Shown in pieces: positions 1 to 8,451 of a stretch of DNA of 28,256 nucleotides (the stretch's first letter is position 1; the number at the start of each line of letters is the position of its first letter). The position numbers were made by a program, and so were the translations under genes. Source of the stretch: an uncultured Candidatus Saccharibacteria bacterium (GTDB taxonomy: Bacteria; Patescibacteriota; Saccharimonadia; Saccharimonadales; AWTP1-31); assembly GCA_964393455.1 (NCBI GenBank), contig CAYMTU010000001.1, positions 1-28,256 of the forward strand, in the 5' to 3' direction. Under the pieces are notes generated by a model, which was given only the letters and a program-made list of their open reading frames with translations, ran no database searches and was not told the origin of the DNA.

Positions 1-280
1 TGATGCCACTTTCGGTGCGTTTCTGATTTGTTGAGCCCAATAGTCCACTCACACTAACATTCGTAGCGTATGCCAATACCCCTTGACTACTAGCTTTATC
101 GCCATCGATCTTTTTAGCAGCACTGCCACTTGAAGGATATACACTTAATAAAATACTGGCAATAACCAGAAGTACCATTGGTAAGTAAGGGGTATATACC
201 TTTAAAAATTTATTCGAACGTTTCTGATGTTGGCCATGTCGCTGCCTATGAGCATGCGGTTTTTGCTTTTCTGTTCGCAT
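1..280 (-). CDS. N-terminal part of a secreted/membrane-anchored protein, probably CAP (SCP/cysteine-rich secretory) domain; runs off the window start
   Basis: Not in the ORF track; translated by hand from ATG at 280: MRTEKQKPHAHRQRHGQHQKRSNKFLKVYTPYLPMVLLVIASILLSVYPSSGSAAKKIDGDKASSQGVLAYATNVSVSGLLGSTNQKRTESGI. It is open to base 1, with a basic N-terminus and a hydrophobic segment. VLAYATNVS..LL..TN..R resembles the start of CAP domains in CPR proteins. TATACT lies 9 nt upstream. Confidence 0.65.
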   Translation of the reverse strand, partial: MRTEKQKPHAHRQRHGQHQKRSNKFLKVYTPYLPMVLLVIASILLSVYPSSGSAAKKIDGDKASSQGVLAYATNVSVSGLLGSTNQKRTESGI

Positions 281-325
281 ATTACATACAGTATATGCTA
301 TTGCTTATAACAAAACACGCGCTGC

Positions 326-820
326 CTACGCAAATCTAATATGGTACAGAGCAATTGCCGCTGCTTGGACTACGTTAAATGATTCCTTTTTGCCAAACAT
401 AGGTATTACGATAGTTTCATCACAAAGTGCAATCAGTTCGTCATCAATACCTTCTACCTCACGACCAAGTAATAGTGCAACCTTTGATGGGGGTATATAA
501 TCTGGCAATTGAATTGCATTGCTAGTCTGTTCTAAGCCACATAGTACATACCCTTTACCTTTAAGGTTCGTTATAAGTTTCGTAACACTTTCGTAGTGCT
601 TCCAAGTAAGCATTTTGTCCGATCCTAGAGCAGTCTTATCAAGACTTTTTTGAATTTTTTCAGAAATATGAGGCAAACGTCTATCATCCGGTGTTTTAGG
701 GTATGGTGAATATCCGGTGATGTAAAGTGTATCTACCCCCATGCCCTCACAGGTCCTCATTAATGAACCGATGTTATGGATGCTTCTTATATCATGAGCA
801 ATTACAGCAATGTTACGCAT
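326..820 (-). CDS. TrmH/SpoU-family (SPOUT) RNA methyltransferase
   Basis: SPOUT motifs: DIRSIHNIGSLMRT, LLLGREVEGI and IPMFGKKESFNVVQAAAI. Confidence 0.92.
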   Translation of the reverse strand: MRNIAVIAHDIRSIHNIGSLMRTCEGMGVDTLYITGYSPYPKTPDDRRLPHISEKIQKSLDKTALGSDKMLTWKHYESVTKLITNLKGKGYVLCGLEQTSNAIQLPDYIPPSKVALLLGREVEGIDDELIALCDETIVIPMFGKKESFNVVQAAAIALYHIRFA

Positions 821-1002
821 AGTGGAAATAGTAACACAATAAACTAAAAAGGATTGGGGACATAACTTAAGAGATGCAACTTTTAATCATGTTAGCCAAA
901 TACAAAATACTACAAACTATATTCTCGCAATTTGAGTCTAAAGCACCGTAATGCAACTCGTGTCTTCTCCTTATAACCAGCTTATGGTTAAATATATACA
1001 AC

Positions 1003-2607
1003 ATGGCACAAGATATACGTATTACTGATGAATTGTCGACAGAAAAACGAGCTTCAATTCTCGGTCTATCCTACACCGATACTACTAAAATAGCCGAGAA
1101 AGTACTTTACAAGGAGCTCTTAACGAACGAGGAGCTGTATGCATTACGAGTAATTCCTTTGCAGTACTCTAAGAATGGAATCGTATTTGGTATTACAACA
1201 ACTACCTCACAGCAAACTATGTCGAAGCTAACACAGCGTTTTCTTGATCATCGTGTAAGCTATACATTAATCTCTGAATCTGGGTATAACGAATACATGA
1301 AGTTGTACGATCCGCCAAAAAAAATTGTATACAACGATATTAAAATAGCCGGCTCAACATCTGAAAGTCTTATTGCGCAAGTTTCTTCTACGCTCGACCA
1401 GGTTCGCGCTGATGATATGCTCGCCTACCTCACCGACCAAGCGCATAAACTATCCGCGTCCGACATTCATATCGAAAATCAACAAAATTATGTACGTATT
1501 AGAATTCGCATAGACGGCGTACTCCATCCTATAGCAAAAATAAGTCAAGAACGTTGTCGAATGTTAATTTCAGCGATAGCAAGTGCCGCCAATGTCTCTA
1601 CTTCAGCAAATACTGCTCAGCAAGGTCACATAACGCAGCGCGTAAAAATGGCCGATAAATCTATTATTGATGTCAATTTACGCGTCGAAACAGTGCCAGC
1701 GATTAATGGTATGGACATCGTTATGCGCCTATTCAATATGGAAGCGAGCATGTATACCCTCGATAGGCTCGGTTTAAACACCATGGAGCGTAATGTTGTA
1801 GATGACATTATTAGAAAGCCAAATGGTCTGGTACTTGCAGTAGGACCAACTGGTTCTGGAAAAACTACTACGCTCTATTCGATGCTCAATACATTAAATA
1901 TTGATACTCGTAAAATTATTACCATTGAAGACCCAGTTGAGTATCAATTTGAGGGTATTACGCAAATTTCTGTAACGAGTGAAACGGGAGATGAAACTAA
2001 GTTTGCAGATAAACTACGAGCAGTACTCCGACTTGACCCCGATGTTGTAATGGTAGGAGAGATAAGAGACAACGATACGGCAAAAACATCACTACAGGCG
2101 TCCTTGACTGGACATTTGGTGTTATCAACGTTTCATGCTGGATCGTCTTCTGCCGCACTAACAAGAATGGTCGATATTATAGGACAAAATCCACTATTTA
2201 CGTCAGCGATAAGACTCATTATGGCGCAGCGCCTTATAAGACGTCTCGATGACACAACTAAGATAGCGTATAAGCCCGATCAACAAATAGTAAATAAATT
2301 GCAAAACATCGTAGATAGTCTGCCGGATATATACAAAAAACCCGACCTTAGTAACCTAACACTTTACAAGCCTGGCTCTTCCGCGGACAACCCGTTTGGC
2401 TATAAGGGTCAGATCGCAATTCGCGAACAGATGGTTATGACTGACGCGCTTCGAGCTCTTTTACAAAAACCAAGTGCAGAAATATCAACACAGCTGATTG
2501 AAAAAACTGCGGTAAACGCTGGGATGCTCACGATGCTTCATAATGCGCTATTTAAACTCATTTCTGGTGAAACGACAGTTGAAGAAGTGTTTAGAGTTCT
2601 TGGCTAA
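1003..2607 (+). CDS. GspE/PulE/PilB-family type IV pilus / type II secretion assembly ATPase
   Basis: ASDIHIE, RIRIDGVL, Walker A GPTGSGKTTT, Asp box TIEDPVEY, Walker B LRLDPDVVMVGEIRD, His box GHLVLSTFH, AQRLIRRL, C-terminal GETTVEEVFRV. Confidence 0.93.
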   Translation: MAQDIRITDELSTEKRASILGLSYTDTTKIAEKVLYKELLTNEELYALRVIPLQYSKNGIVFGITTTTSQQTMSKLTQRFLDHRVSYTLISESGYNEYMKLYDPPKKIVYNDIKIAGSTSESLIAQVSSTLDQVRADDMLAYLTDQAHKLSASDIHIENQQNYVRIRIRIDGVLHPIAKISQERCRMLISAIASAANVSTSANTAQQGHITQRVKMADKSIIDVNLRVETVPAINGMDIVMRLFNMEASMYTLDRLGLNTMERNVVDDIIRKPNGLVLAVGPTGSGKTTTLYSMLNTLNIDTRKIITIEDPVEYQFEGITQISVTSETGDETKFADKLRAVLRLDPDVVMVGEIRDNDTAKTSLQASLTGHLVLSTFHAGSSSAALTRMVDIIGQNPLFTSAIRLIMAQRLIRRLDDTTKIAYKPDQQIVNKLQNIVDSLPDIYKKPDLSNLTLYKPGSSADNPFGYKGQIAIREQMVMTDALRALLQKPSAEISTQLIEKTAVNAGMLTMLHNALFKLISGETTVEEVFRVLG

Positions 2608-2620
2608 TCTACTAGGAAAC

Positions 2621-3754
2621 TTACACAATAACGCGTGCAATGGACGGAACAAGTCGGGGGTCCAATGCGCTCGGAATAATATGCTCTCTATCAGGGTTAT
2701 CAACAAGATTAGCAATCACTTCAGCTGCTGCAAGCTTATGTTCATCAGTAATATTTGAAACTTTATTATCTAAAGCACCTCTGAATATGCCTGGAAAGGC
2801 GAGTGAATTATTTACCTGATTAGGAAAATCACTTCGACCAGTTGCCATAATTGCCACTCCAGCCTGTAACGCTATGTCCGGCATAATTTCTGGCGTTGGA
2901 TTTGCCATGCCAAACACGATTGGATCTTTCGCCATAGTCTTAATCATTTCCGGAGTTAGCAATCCTGCGCTCGATACGCCAATAAAAATGTCAGCACCCT
3001 GCAGCGCTTCAGCGAGTGAGCCTGAAATACTATTTTTATTAGTAAATGTAAGTAGCGATTTTTTATCACTATTTAAATCGTCTCTGTCGAGACTGATTAT
3101 TCCTTTACTATCAACCGCTAGGATCTCTGGATTAGCGTATTTATTCAACAGTTTCATAATTGCTGTACCCGCTGCTCCGGCTCCAACACATACGACTCTG
3201 CAATCATGGAGGGACCTACCAGTTACTTTCATGGCATTGATTAGTCCCGCCAATACAACAATCGCCGTCCCATGCTGATCATCATGAAAAACAGGAATAG
3301 GTAACATTTCTTTCAATCTATCTTCAACCTCAAAGCAGATAGGTGCTGCAATATCTTCGAGGTTAATGCCGCCAAAGCTCGGTGCAATCGCACTTACAGC
3401 CGCAACAATTTCGTCTGCACTATGCACATTCAATATTATGGGTACAGCATCGATATCGGCAAAGTGCTTAAAGAGCATAGCTTTTCCTTCCATAACCGGC
3501 AGTGCACCGTATGGTCCAATATTTCCAAGACCAAGAACTGCTGATCCGTCACTAATTACAGCAACCGAGTTATTGAGCCATGTATAATCTCTTGTCTCAT
3601 CAGGATGTTCAGCAACATACCGACTTACCGCAGCAACTCCAGGAGTGTAATAGGTACTTAGCTTTTCCTGAGAATCTAGTACGTCCTTTAATGCAATGCC
3701 TATTTTACCTTTTAGTTCTTTGTGTTTCTTTAGAGCAATATCGTTATAATCCAT
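2621..3754 (-). CDS. NAD(P)-dependent malic enzyme (short form, no PTA domain)
   Basis: YTPGVA, DGSAVLGLGNIGP, PVMEGKAMLFK, GGINLEDIAAP, PVFHDDQHGTAIV, GAGAAG, MANPTPEI, ATGRSDFPNQVNN. Confidence 0.95.
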   Translation of the reverse strand: MDYNDIALKKHKELKGKIGIALKDVLDSQEKLSTYYTPGVAAVSRYVAEHPDETRDYTWLNNSVAVISDGSAVLGLGNIGPYGALPVMEGKAMLFKHFADIDAVPIILNVHSADEIVAAVSAIAPSFGGINLEDIAAPICFEVEDRLKEMLPIPVFHDDQHGTAIVVLAGLINAMKVTGRSLHDCRVVCVGAGAAGTAIMKLLNKYANPEILAVDSKGIISLDRDDLNSDKKSLLTFTNKNSISGSLAEALQGADIFIGVSSAGLLTPEMIKTMAKDPIVFGMANPTPEIMPDIALQAGVAIMATGRSDFPNQVNNSLAFPGIFRGALDNKVSNITDEHKLAAAEVIANLVDNPDREHIIPSALDPRLVPSIARVIV

Positions 3755-3838
3755 ACGCTCAAGTATACATTAGTGTGAGGCGGTAATAGTCTAAAATATG
3801 GCAAATTCTTTCAGAGTGATATTTTATGAGCTTTACCC

Positions 3839-3867
3839 TTGAATAAATGGCTTGAATAGTGTAATAT
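3839..3867 (+). promoter_or_regulatory. sigma70-type promoter of rplS
   Basis: TTGAAT (3839-3844), 17-nt spacer, TAATAT (3862-3867). Confidence 0.6.
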
Positions 3868-3876
3868 TTAATGATT

Positions 3877-4395
3877 ATGCCATCTGTTACTAAACAAATC
3901 GAAGAAAAATATAAGAAACATGCGGTCGTTGATGTACGACCAGGTGATAGCGTGCGCGTTCACCAAAAAATCCGTGAAGGCAACAAAGAACGTATCCAGA
4001 TATTCGAAGGACTCGTTATTAGAGTTTCCAAAAAGAATAGCCTTAGCTCTACTATTGTAGTTCGTCGTGTGACTGGTGGGCTAGGTGTAGAGAAGTCGTA
4101 TCTTCTTCATTCTCCGTTTGTTACCAAAATTGAAGTTACAAAACGAAGTAAAGTTCGCCGTAACTACCTTACCTACATGCGTGCTCGAACTGGAAAAGCA
4201 GCTCGACTAACCGGTGTGGCTTTTGATAAAGACGTTAATGAGCTTCCAGAAGATCCTGCAATTGCAGCAGCCGAACTAAAACTTAAAGAAGAAGCCGCTG
4301 CAGCACACAAGGCTGAAGCCGAAGCAAAAGCCGCAGAAGAGGCCGCTACAGAAGCTAAGGTAGCGGAAGCGGTTGCAAAACACGACGAAGCCTAA
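3877..4395 (+). CDS. rplS: 50S ribosomal protein L19 with Ala/Glu/Lys-rich C-terminal tail
   Basis: VRPGDSVRVHQKIREGNKERIQIFEGLVI, GVEKSYLLHSP, KVRRNYLTYMRARTGKAAR. Start set at ATG 3877 because ATG 3871 lies only 3 nt after the predicted -10 box. Confidence 0.97.
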   Translation: MPSVTKQIEEKYKKHAVVDVRPGDSVRVHQKIREGNKERIQIFEGLVIRVSKKNSLSSTIVVRRVTGGLGVEKSYLLHSPFVTKIEVTKRSKVRRNYLTYMRARTGKAARLTGVAFDKDVNELPEDPAIAAAELKLKEEAAAAHKAEAEAKAAEEAATEAKVAEAVAKHDEA

Positions 4396-4417
4396 ACTTT
4401 TATCTTAGATCATTATT

Positions 4418-4441
4418 AACCACTCATTGGAGTGGTTTTTT
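4418..4441 (+). terminator. Intrinsic terminator after rplS
   Basis: AACCACTC-attg-GAGTGGTT perfect 8-bp stem running into a T tract. Confidence 0.8.
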
Positions 4442-4455
4442 GATATTATGAATCC

Positions 4456-5034
4456 ATGGAAGTTGTAGTTGGGATAGATGAGGTAGGGCGAGGATGCTGG
4501 GCTGGACCACTACTCGCTGCTGCCGTAATCCTTAACCCTAAACAACTAGATTTCAATGGCAACAAATGGAAGCTACTGGATTCTAAAAAAATGAGTAAGT
4601 TACAGCGTGCGGTGGCTGATGTTCAGATTCGCAAAGCAGCCCTTTCCTATGGTATAGGCTGGGTAACTCCTAGCGAAATAGACCAGCTTGGTCTCACAAA
4701 GGCTACACAGCTTGCCATGCGACGTGCGATAGATAAAGTCGATATACCGTATGACCGCATTATTATTGATGGAAACTATAACTATCTCTCAGACATCCCA
4801 ATGACCGAGACCCTTATTCAGGCTGACAATACAATACCAGCGGTCAGCGCCGCAAGTATCATCGCTAAAGTAGCACGCGATACATTTATGACCGAGCAAG
4901 CTGCTCTGTACCCAGAATATGGCTTCGATAACCATGTCGGTTACGGCACTAAACGACATATTGAGGCACTACTACTGTACGGAGTAACACCCATCCATCG
5001 AAAATCGTACAAACCAATAAAGGTTTTTCTATGA
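4456..5034 (+). CDS. rnhB: Ribonuclease HII
   Basis: GIDEVGRGCWAGP, LDSKK, IIDGN, ADNTIPAVSAASIIAKVARD, YGFDNHVGYGT, HRKSY. Confidence 0.97.
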   Translation: MEVVVGIDEVGRGCWAGPLLAAAVILNPKQLDFNGNKWKLLDSKKMSKLQRAVADVQIRKAALSYGIGWVTPSEIDQLGLTKATQLAMRRAIDKVDIPYDRIIIDGNYNYLSDIPMTETLIQADNTIPAVSAASIIAKVARDTFMTEQAALYPEYGFDNHVGYGTKRHIEALLLYGVTPIHRKSYKPIKVFL

Positions 5035-5372
5035 CTAACTTATCGCATGGCTTAGAAGCAGAAGCGGTGGCAGCAAAGTATTTAGTAAAAAATGGTTTTT
5101 CGATAGTTAATCGTAACTGGAAAACAAAGTGGTGCGAAATCGATATCGTTGCGAGTAAAAACAATACGATATATTTTACTGAAGTTAAGTATCGTTTATG
5201 CGATAAGTATGGTGCTGGATTGGATTATATTACTCCAGCAAAACTAAAGCAGATGGCACGAGCCGCTGAAGGCTGGGTTCAAACTAATAATTGGCAAGGC
5301 GAATACCAATTAGCCGCAATTGAAGTAACTGACATAGAATACCTTGTTACTGACTTTATAACTGACATATAG
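5031..5372 (+). CDS. yraN: YraN/UPF0102 family putative endonuclease
   Basis: GLEAEAVAAKYL..NGF.I..RNW, EIDIVA, FTEVKYR. ATGA overlap with the rnhB stop; canonical rplS-rnhB-yraN order. Confidence 0.9.
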   Translation: MTNLSHGLEAEAVAAKYLVKNGFSIVNRNWKTKWCEIDIVASKNNTIYFTEVKYRLCDKYGAGLDYITPAKLKQMARAAEGWVQTNNWQGEYQLAAIEVTDIEYLVTDFITDI

Positions 5373-5484
5373 TTCTTAAAAACCGTATATTTTACGCTGT
5401 TGAGCATAATACTAACACTGATACGTCCTTAGAATACCTACATAGCGGTTTATGCAGTATGGCTCTCCTCTTGGATCCAGGATA

Positions 5485-8100
5485 TTAAACTGATTTGAAA
5501 AAGGCGCGAACCAGCTTGAGGTCGCGCTTCTTCCAGGCAGATTGCCACTGAATCATTTCGATACCTTGGTTGTATGACCTGTCAAAAGCAGGCGATAGTA
5601 CTTTACCGAAGAACTTTTTATACGTAGCCAAGAACGCATCATCACTATACCCGCGCGCCGCATATATCGGCATGCGGTAGAAAGACAGATCATTACCCAT
5701 ATTCTTTTCTAGCCAATCCCAATGTGTGGTCATCCAATCCCATGTTTTAGCCCGAGCAAAGCGATTACTAAAACTGTACGCAAGCCAGTAAGCCACATCC
5801 TGCAGTCGCACCGCATCCGTATCGATGAGTGCAAGCGCTCTATCGATTAACTCTGGTTGCTTGAAACCACATATTGCAGCACAGAGGTTTAGGCGTTCTT
5901 CACTAAAACTAGAATTATTATGCATTGCCAATAGCTTGTTAAATTCCGCCTCGCCGCCAGTGCGAGCTGCGGTTCCATAGACAACTCCACGAAGGTCTGG
6001 GTCTAGTAATCCATTACGTGAGTTTGTCCTTGGTCCAGTAGTACGTAAGTCTACCGAGACATCTTCGGGCACATGCATTTCAGCAAATTTTGAAAGCGCA
6101 AAATCCACAACCGATTTTTCATCACTGGCTGCCGCCATGCCAAGTATTGTTGGTCGTAGCAACCTATCAAAGTGCGATTCGTTTGGTTTTGATTTCCAAC
6201 CAAGCCGTTTTAACTCTTTTGCAACGAGCTTGCAAACAAAGGGCTTCATATTTTCGCGCACCTCTTCATCGTCCATAATCACACGAATACTACCCAGTAA
6301 ACCCGCAATAATATCCCATACCGCATTATCATCTTCATCTTTGAAACTCTTTAATAAATGCAGTACCTCAGAAGCATCAGTTTTACCTGCTTTTGCTGCT
6401 TCTGTCATATCGGCAAGTATGCCAAGCCGATCGAGCGGGTCTAGTTGACCTTTTTTAATCTTTGTAGCAAGATGTTGTAAATGAGTCGCATTATACGTTG
6501 TTCGATAAAAACCACTACCGCCAACATTTAATTTCGAGGAATCACTCTGAATGTCGTAATACTTTTCTGAAGATGTCTCTAGTGTATCTGGCAGCGCATC
6601 CAGATCTGACAGTAATGGAACTGGCCAAACGTTTTTATCAACATGCTTAGATAATGGATTTAAATAAAACCGTTCTTGGGTAATCGATAGCGACGATTCT
6701 TTTGCCTCGACATGAACAATCGGGTATCCACTCTGTGTAGTCCAGGCATGCATAAATGATCGAACAGGTTTTTCAGATGCCTCTTCAAGTGCATCCCATA
6801 AATCATGTGTGGTCGTATTTTTGTAGGAGTGCTTCTTTAGGTAGTAACGAAGACCGGTCTGGAAATCTTTAGCACCCAAGTAATGGTAGAGCATATGTAT
6901 AACACTCGCACCCTTGCTGTAGCTTATGGAGTCAAATATTGTGCGGATCTCGTCTGGGTGATTGACGGTAACTTGCACTGGATGTGTGTGCTCCAAAGCA
7001 TCAAGTTTTAAAGCTTGCTGCTGTTCATCGACAGCAAATTGAGTCCACATTTTCCACTTTGGATATATATGATCAACTGCTAAGTACTCAAACCAAGTAG
7101 CAAAACCTTCGTTGAGCCATAGATCTGTCCACCATTGCATAGTTACTAAATTACCGAACCATTGATGAGTTAACTCATGAGCAACGACCATGGCCACGTA
7201 TTGCTTCGTTGAAAGACTAGTGTTGTCTGGGTCTACTAGCAAGGCTTGTTCACGGTAGGTAATTGCACCCCAATTTTCCATAGCCCCGCTGGCGAAATCG
7301 GGCAAAGCAATCATGTCACATTTATCGAGTGGATAATCAATTCCGAAATACTCACTATAGTAATCCAGGCATTTTACAGCTGTATCGAGAGCAAACTTGG
7401 TAAAGCTAACATTATCTGGAGTTGCATACGTACGAACAACCACGCCCTTTTTAGTTTTAGCTTCAAGAAAGTTCATCTCACCATAAATAAAAGCAAGTAG
7501 GTACGTACTCATATGCGGAGTACGTTCAAAATGTGTAACCATGTGAGAAGCATCACTTTTAAGCACTTCCTGAGATTTTACAGGAGTATTTGAGATGACT
7601 GTTTCATTCTTTTGCGTAGTAAGACTAAGATCAAAAGTTGCTTTCGCCTCTGGCTCATCAATACATGGAAAAACTTCTCGAGCGTGATGACTTTCAAACT
7701 GAGTGGCGATCAACTGTTTATTGATATCATTATGTGTAAAGTCACAGGGATACATCCCATTCATTGCTCTCGTGATTACACCAGAAAATTCTAACGTAAC
7801 TACATAGTCGCCTGGATACAGTAGCTTATCTGCGTGCAACCTTACCTCGTCAAATGCCTTGTGAGTATTAATTCTATCAATTGCAATAGCTTCTTTACCG
7901 TTCTTTCCATGGTAGACGACTTTTGCTTCCGTAATTGTTAGCTCTTTTTGATGAAACGTAAGTCGTTGGCTTGGACGACCCGTTTTATGCCCAGATATAA
8001 CCACTCTTCCGGTAAACGTCATATTTTGCTTATCGGGCGCTAGGTCTATCAGATAGTTGGTTGGTCTAAATTGATCGAATAGTCGTTTTACTTTTTTCAT
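5485..8100 (-). CDS. pepN: M1-family zinc aminopeptidase (PepN/ERAP1-like C-terminal domain)
   Basis: TQFESHHAREVFPCIDEP, GAMENWG, HELTHQWFGNLVTM..W..LWLNEGFA, SYSKGASVIHML. Start moved to ATG 8100 (MKKVKRLF), 7 nt after TG-G-TACACT. Confidence 0.95.
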   Translation of the reverse strand: MKKVKRLFDQFRPTNYLIDLAPDKQNMTFTGRVVISGHKTGRPSQRLTFHQKELTITEAKVVYHGKNGKEAIAIDRINTHKAFDEVRLHADKLLYPGDYVVTLEFSGVITRAMNGMYPCDFTHNDINKQLIATQFESHHAREVFPCIDEPEAKATFDLSLTTQKNETVISNTPVKSQEVLKSDASHMVTHFERTPHMSTYLLAFIYGEMNFLEAKTKKGVVVRTYATPDNVSFTKFALDTAVKCLDYYSEYFGIDYPLDKCDMIALPDFASGAMENWGAITYREQALLVDPDNTSLSTKQYVAMVVAHELTHQWFGNLVTMQWWTDLWLNEGFATWFEYLAVDHIYPKWKMWTQFAVDEQQQALKLDALEHTHPVQVTVNHPDEIRTIFDSISYSKGASVIHMLYHYLGAKDFQTGLRYYLKKHSYKNTTTHDLWDALEEASEKPVRSFMHAWTTQSGYPIVHVEAKESSLSITQERFYLNPLSKHVDKNVWPVPLLSDLDALPDTLETSSEKYYDIQSDSSKLNVGGSGFYRTTYNATHLQHLATKIKKGQLDPLDRLGILADMTEAAKAGKTDASEVLHLLKSFKDEDDNAVWDIIAGLLGSIRVIMDDEEVRENMKPFVCKLVAKELKRLGWKSKPNESHFDRLLRPTILGMAAASDEKSVVDFALSKFAEMHVPEDVSVDLRTTGPRTNSRNGLLDPDLRGVVYGTAARTGGEAEFNKLLAMHNNSSFSEERLNLCAAICGFKQPELIDRALALIDTDAVRLQDVAYWLAYSFSNRFARAKTWDWMTTHWDWLEKNMGNDLSFYRMPIYAARGYSDDAFLATYKKFFGKVLSPAFDRSYNQGIEMIQWQSAWKKRDLKLVRAFFKSV

Positions 8101-8174
8101 TCTTACAAGTGTACCATTGACGTTGACTACCAATAAAACCAAAAGTTATATTTTACATTATTAAACGCAGCTAC

Positions 8175-8203
8175 TTTATTAATATGTAACAATGCGTTAT
8201 ACT
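8175..8203 (+). promoter_or_regulatory. Putative nusA promoter
   Basis: TATACT at 8198-8203 with a weak -35 (TTTATT, 8175-8180) at 17-nt spacing. Confidence 0.5.
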
Positions 8204-8214
8204 ATATCTAGTTC

Positions 8215-8240
8215 ATCCGGCCACCTTGGTCGGATTTTTT
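8215..8240 (+). terminator. Terminator-like hairpin in the nusA 5' leader (candidate attenuator)
   Basis: ATCCGGCCA-cct-TGGTCGGAT 9-bp stem (one G-U) followed by TTTTT. The only neighbouring gene (pepN) is transcribed away from it. Confidence 0.65.
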
Positions 8241-8279
8241 CATATAGAACACTGAACATTTAATAAACAAGAAAGGAGA

Positions 8280-8442
8280 GACTTTTCTGTGCTAGCTTAG
8301 AGCAAGGAAGAGGCGAGGAGTGAAATGAATCGTACTGTCGGTACGAAGAGTGAACACTGGAGCATCTGACGCAGCAACAAGCAGCAAGCATTTACAGTGT
8401 TGCCGACGAAGTCGGGAAGCAGGTAAATGCGCCAGACAAGTC
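8280..8442 (+). other. 163-nt self-closing structured insert (MITE-like or structured leader RNA) between the SD and the nusA start
   Basis: Terminal inverted repeat GACTTTTCTG (8280-8289) / CAGACAAGTC (8433-8442), 9/10 paired. Internal stems: TGCT(A)GCTT/AAGCAGCA, CGTAC/GTACG, GCATTTAC/GTAAATGC and CCGAC-gaa-GTCGG. Confidence 0.6.
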
Positions 8443-8451
8443 GAAATTATT

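Noticed and set aside
821-1002. Short repeats (ATGCAACT x2; TAACC/GGTTA) in the trmH-pilB divergent intergenic region as operator sites
   Set aside because: Too short for AT-rich DNA, and no match to a regulator motif I recognise.
5373-5484. Terminator or small RNA between convergent yraN and pepN
   Set aside because: No convincing stem with a T tract found.
8350-8451. 34-aa N-terminal extension of NusA from GTG 8350
   Set aside because: The sequence is unlike NusA N-termini and crosses the structured insert. ATG 8452 matches the usual start.
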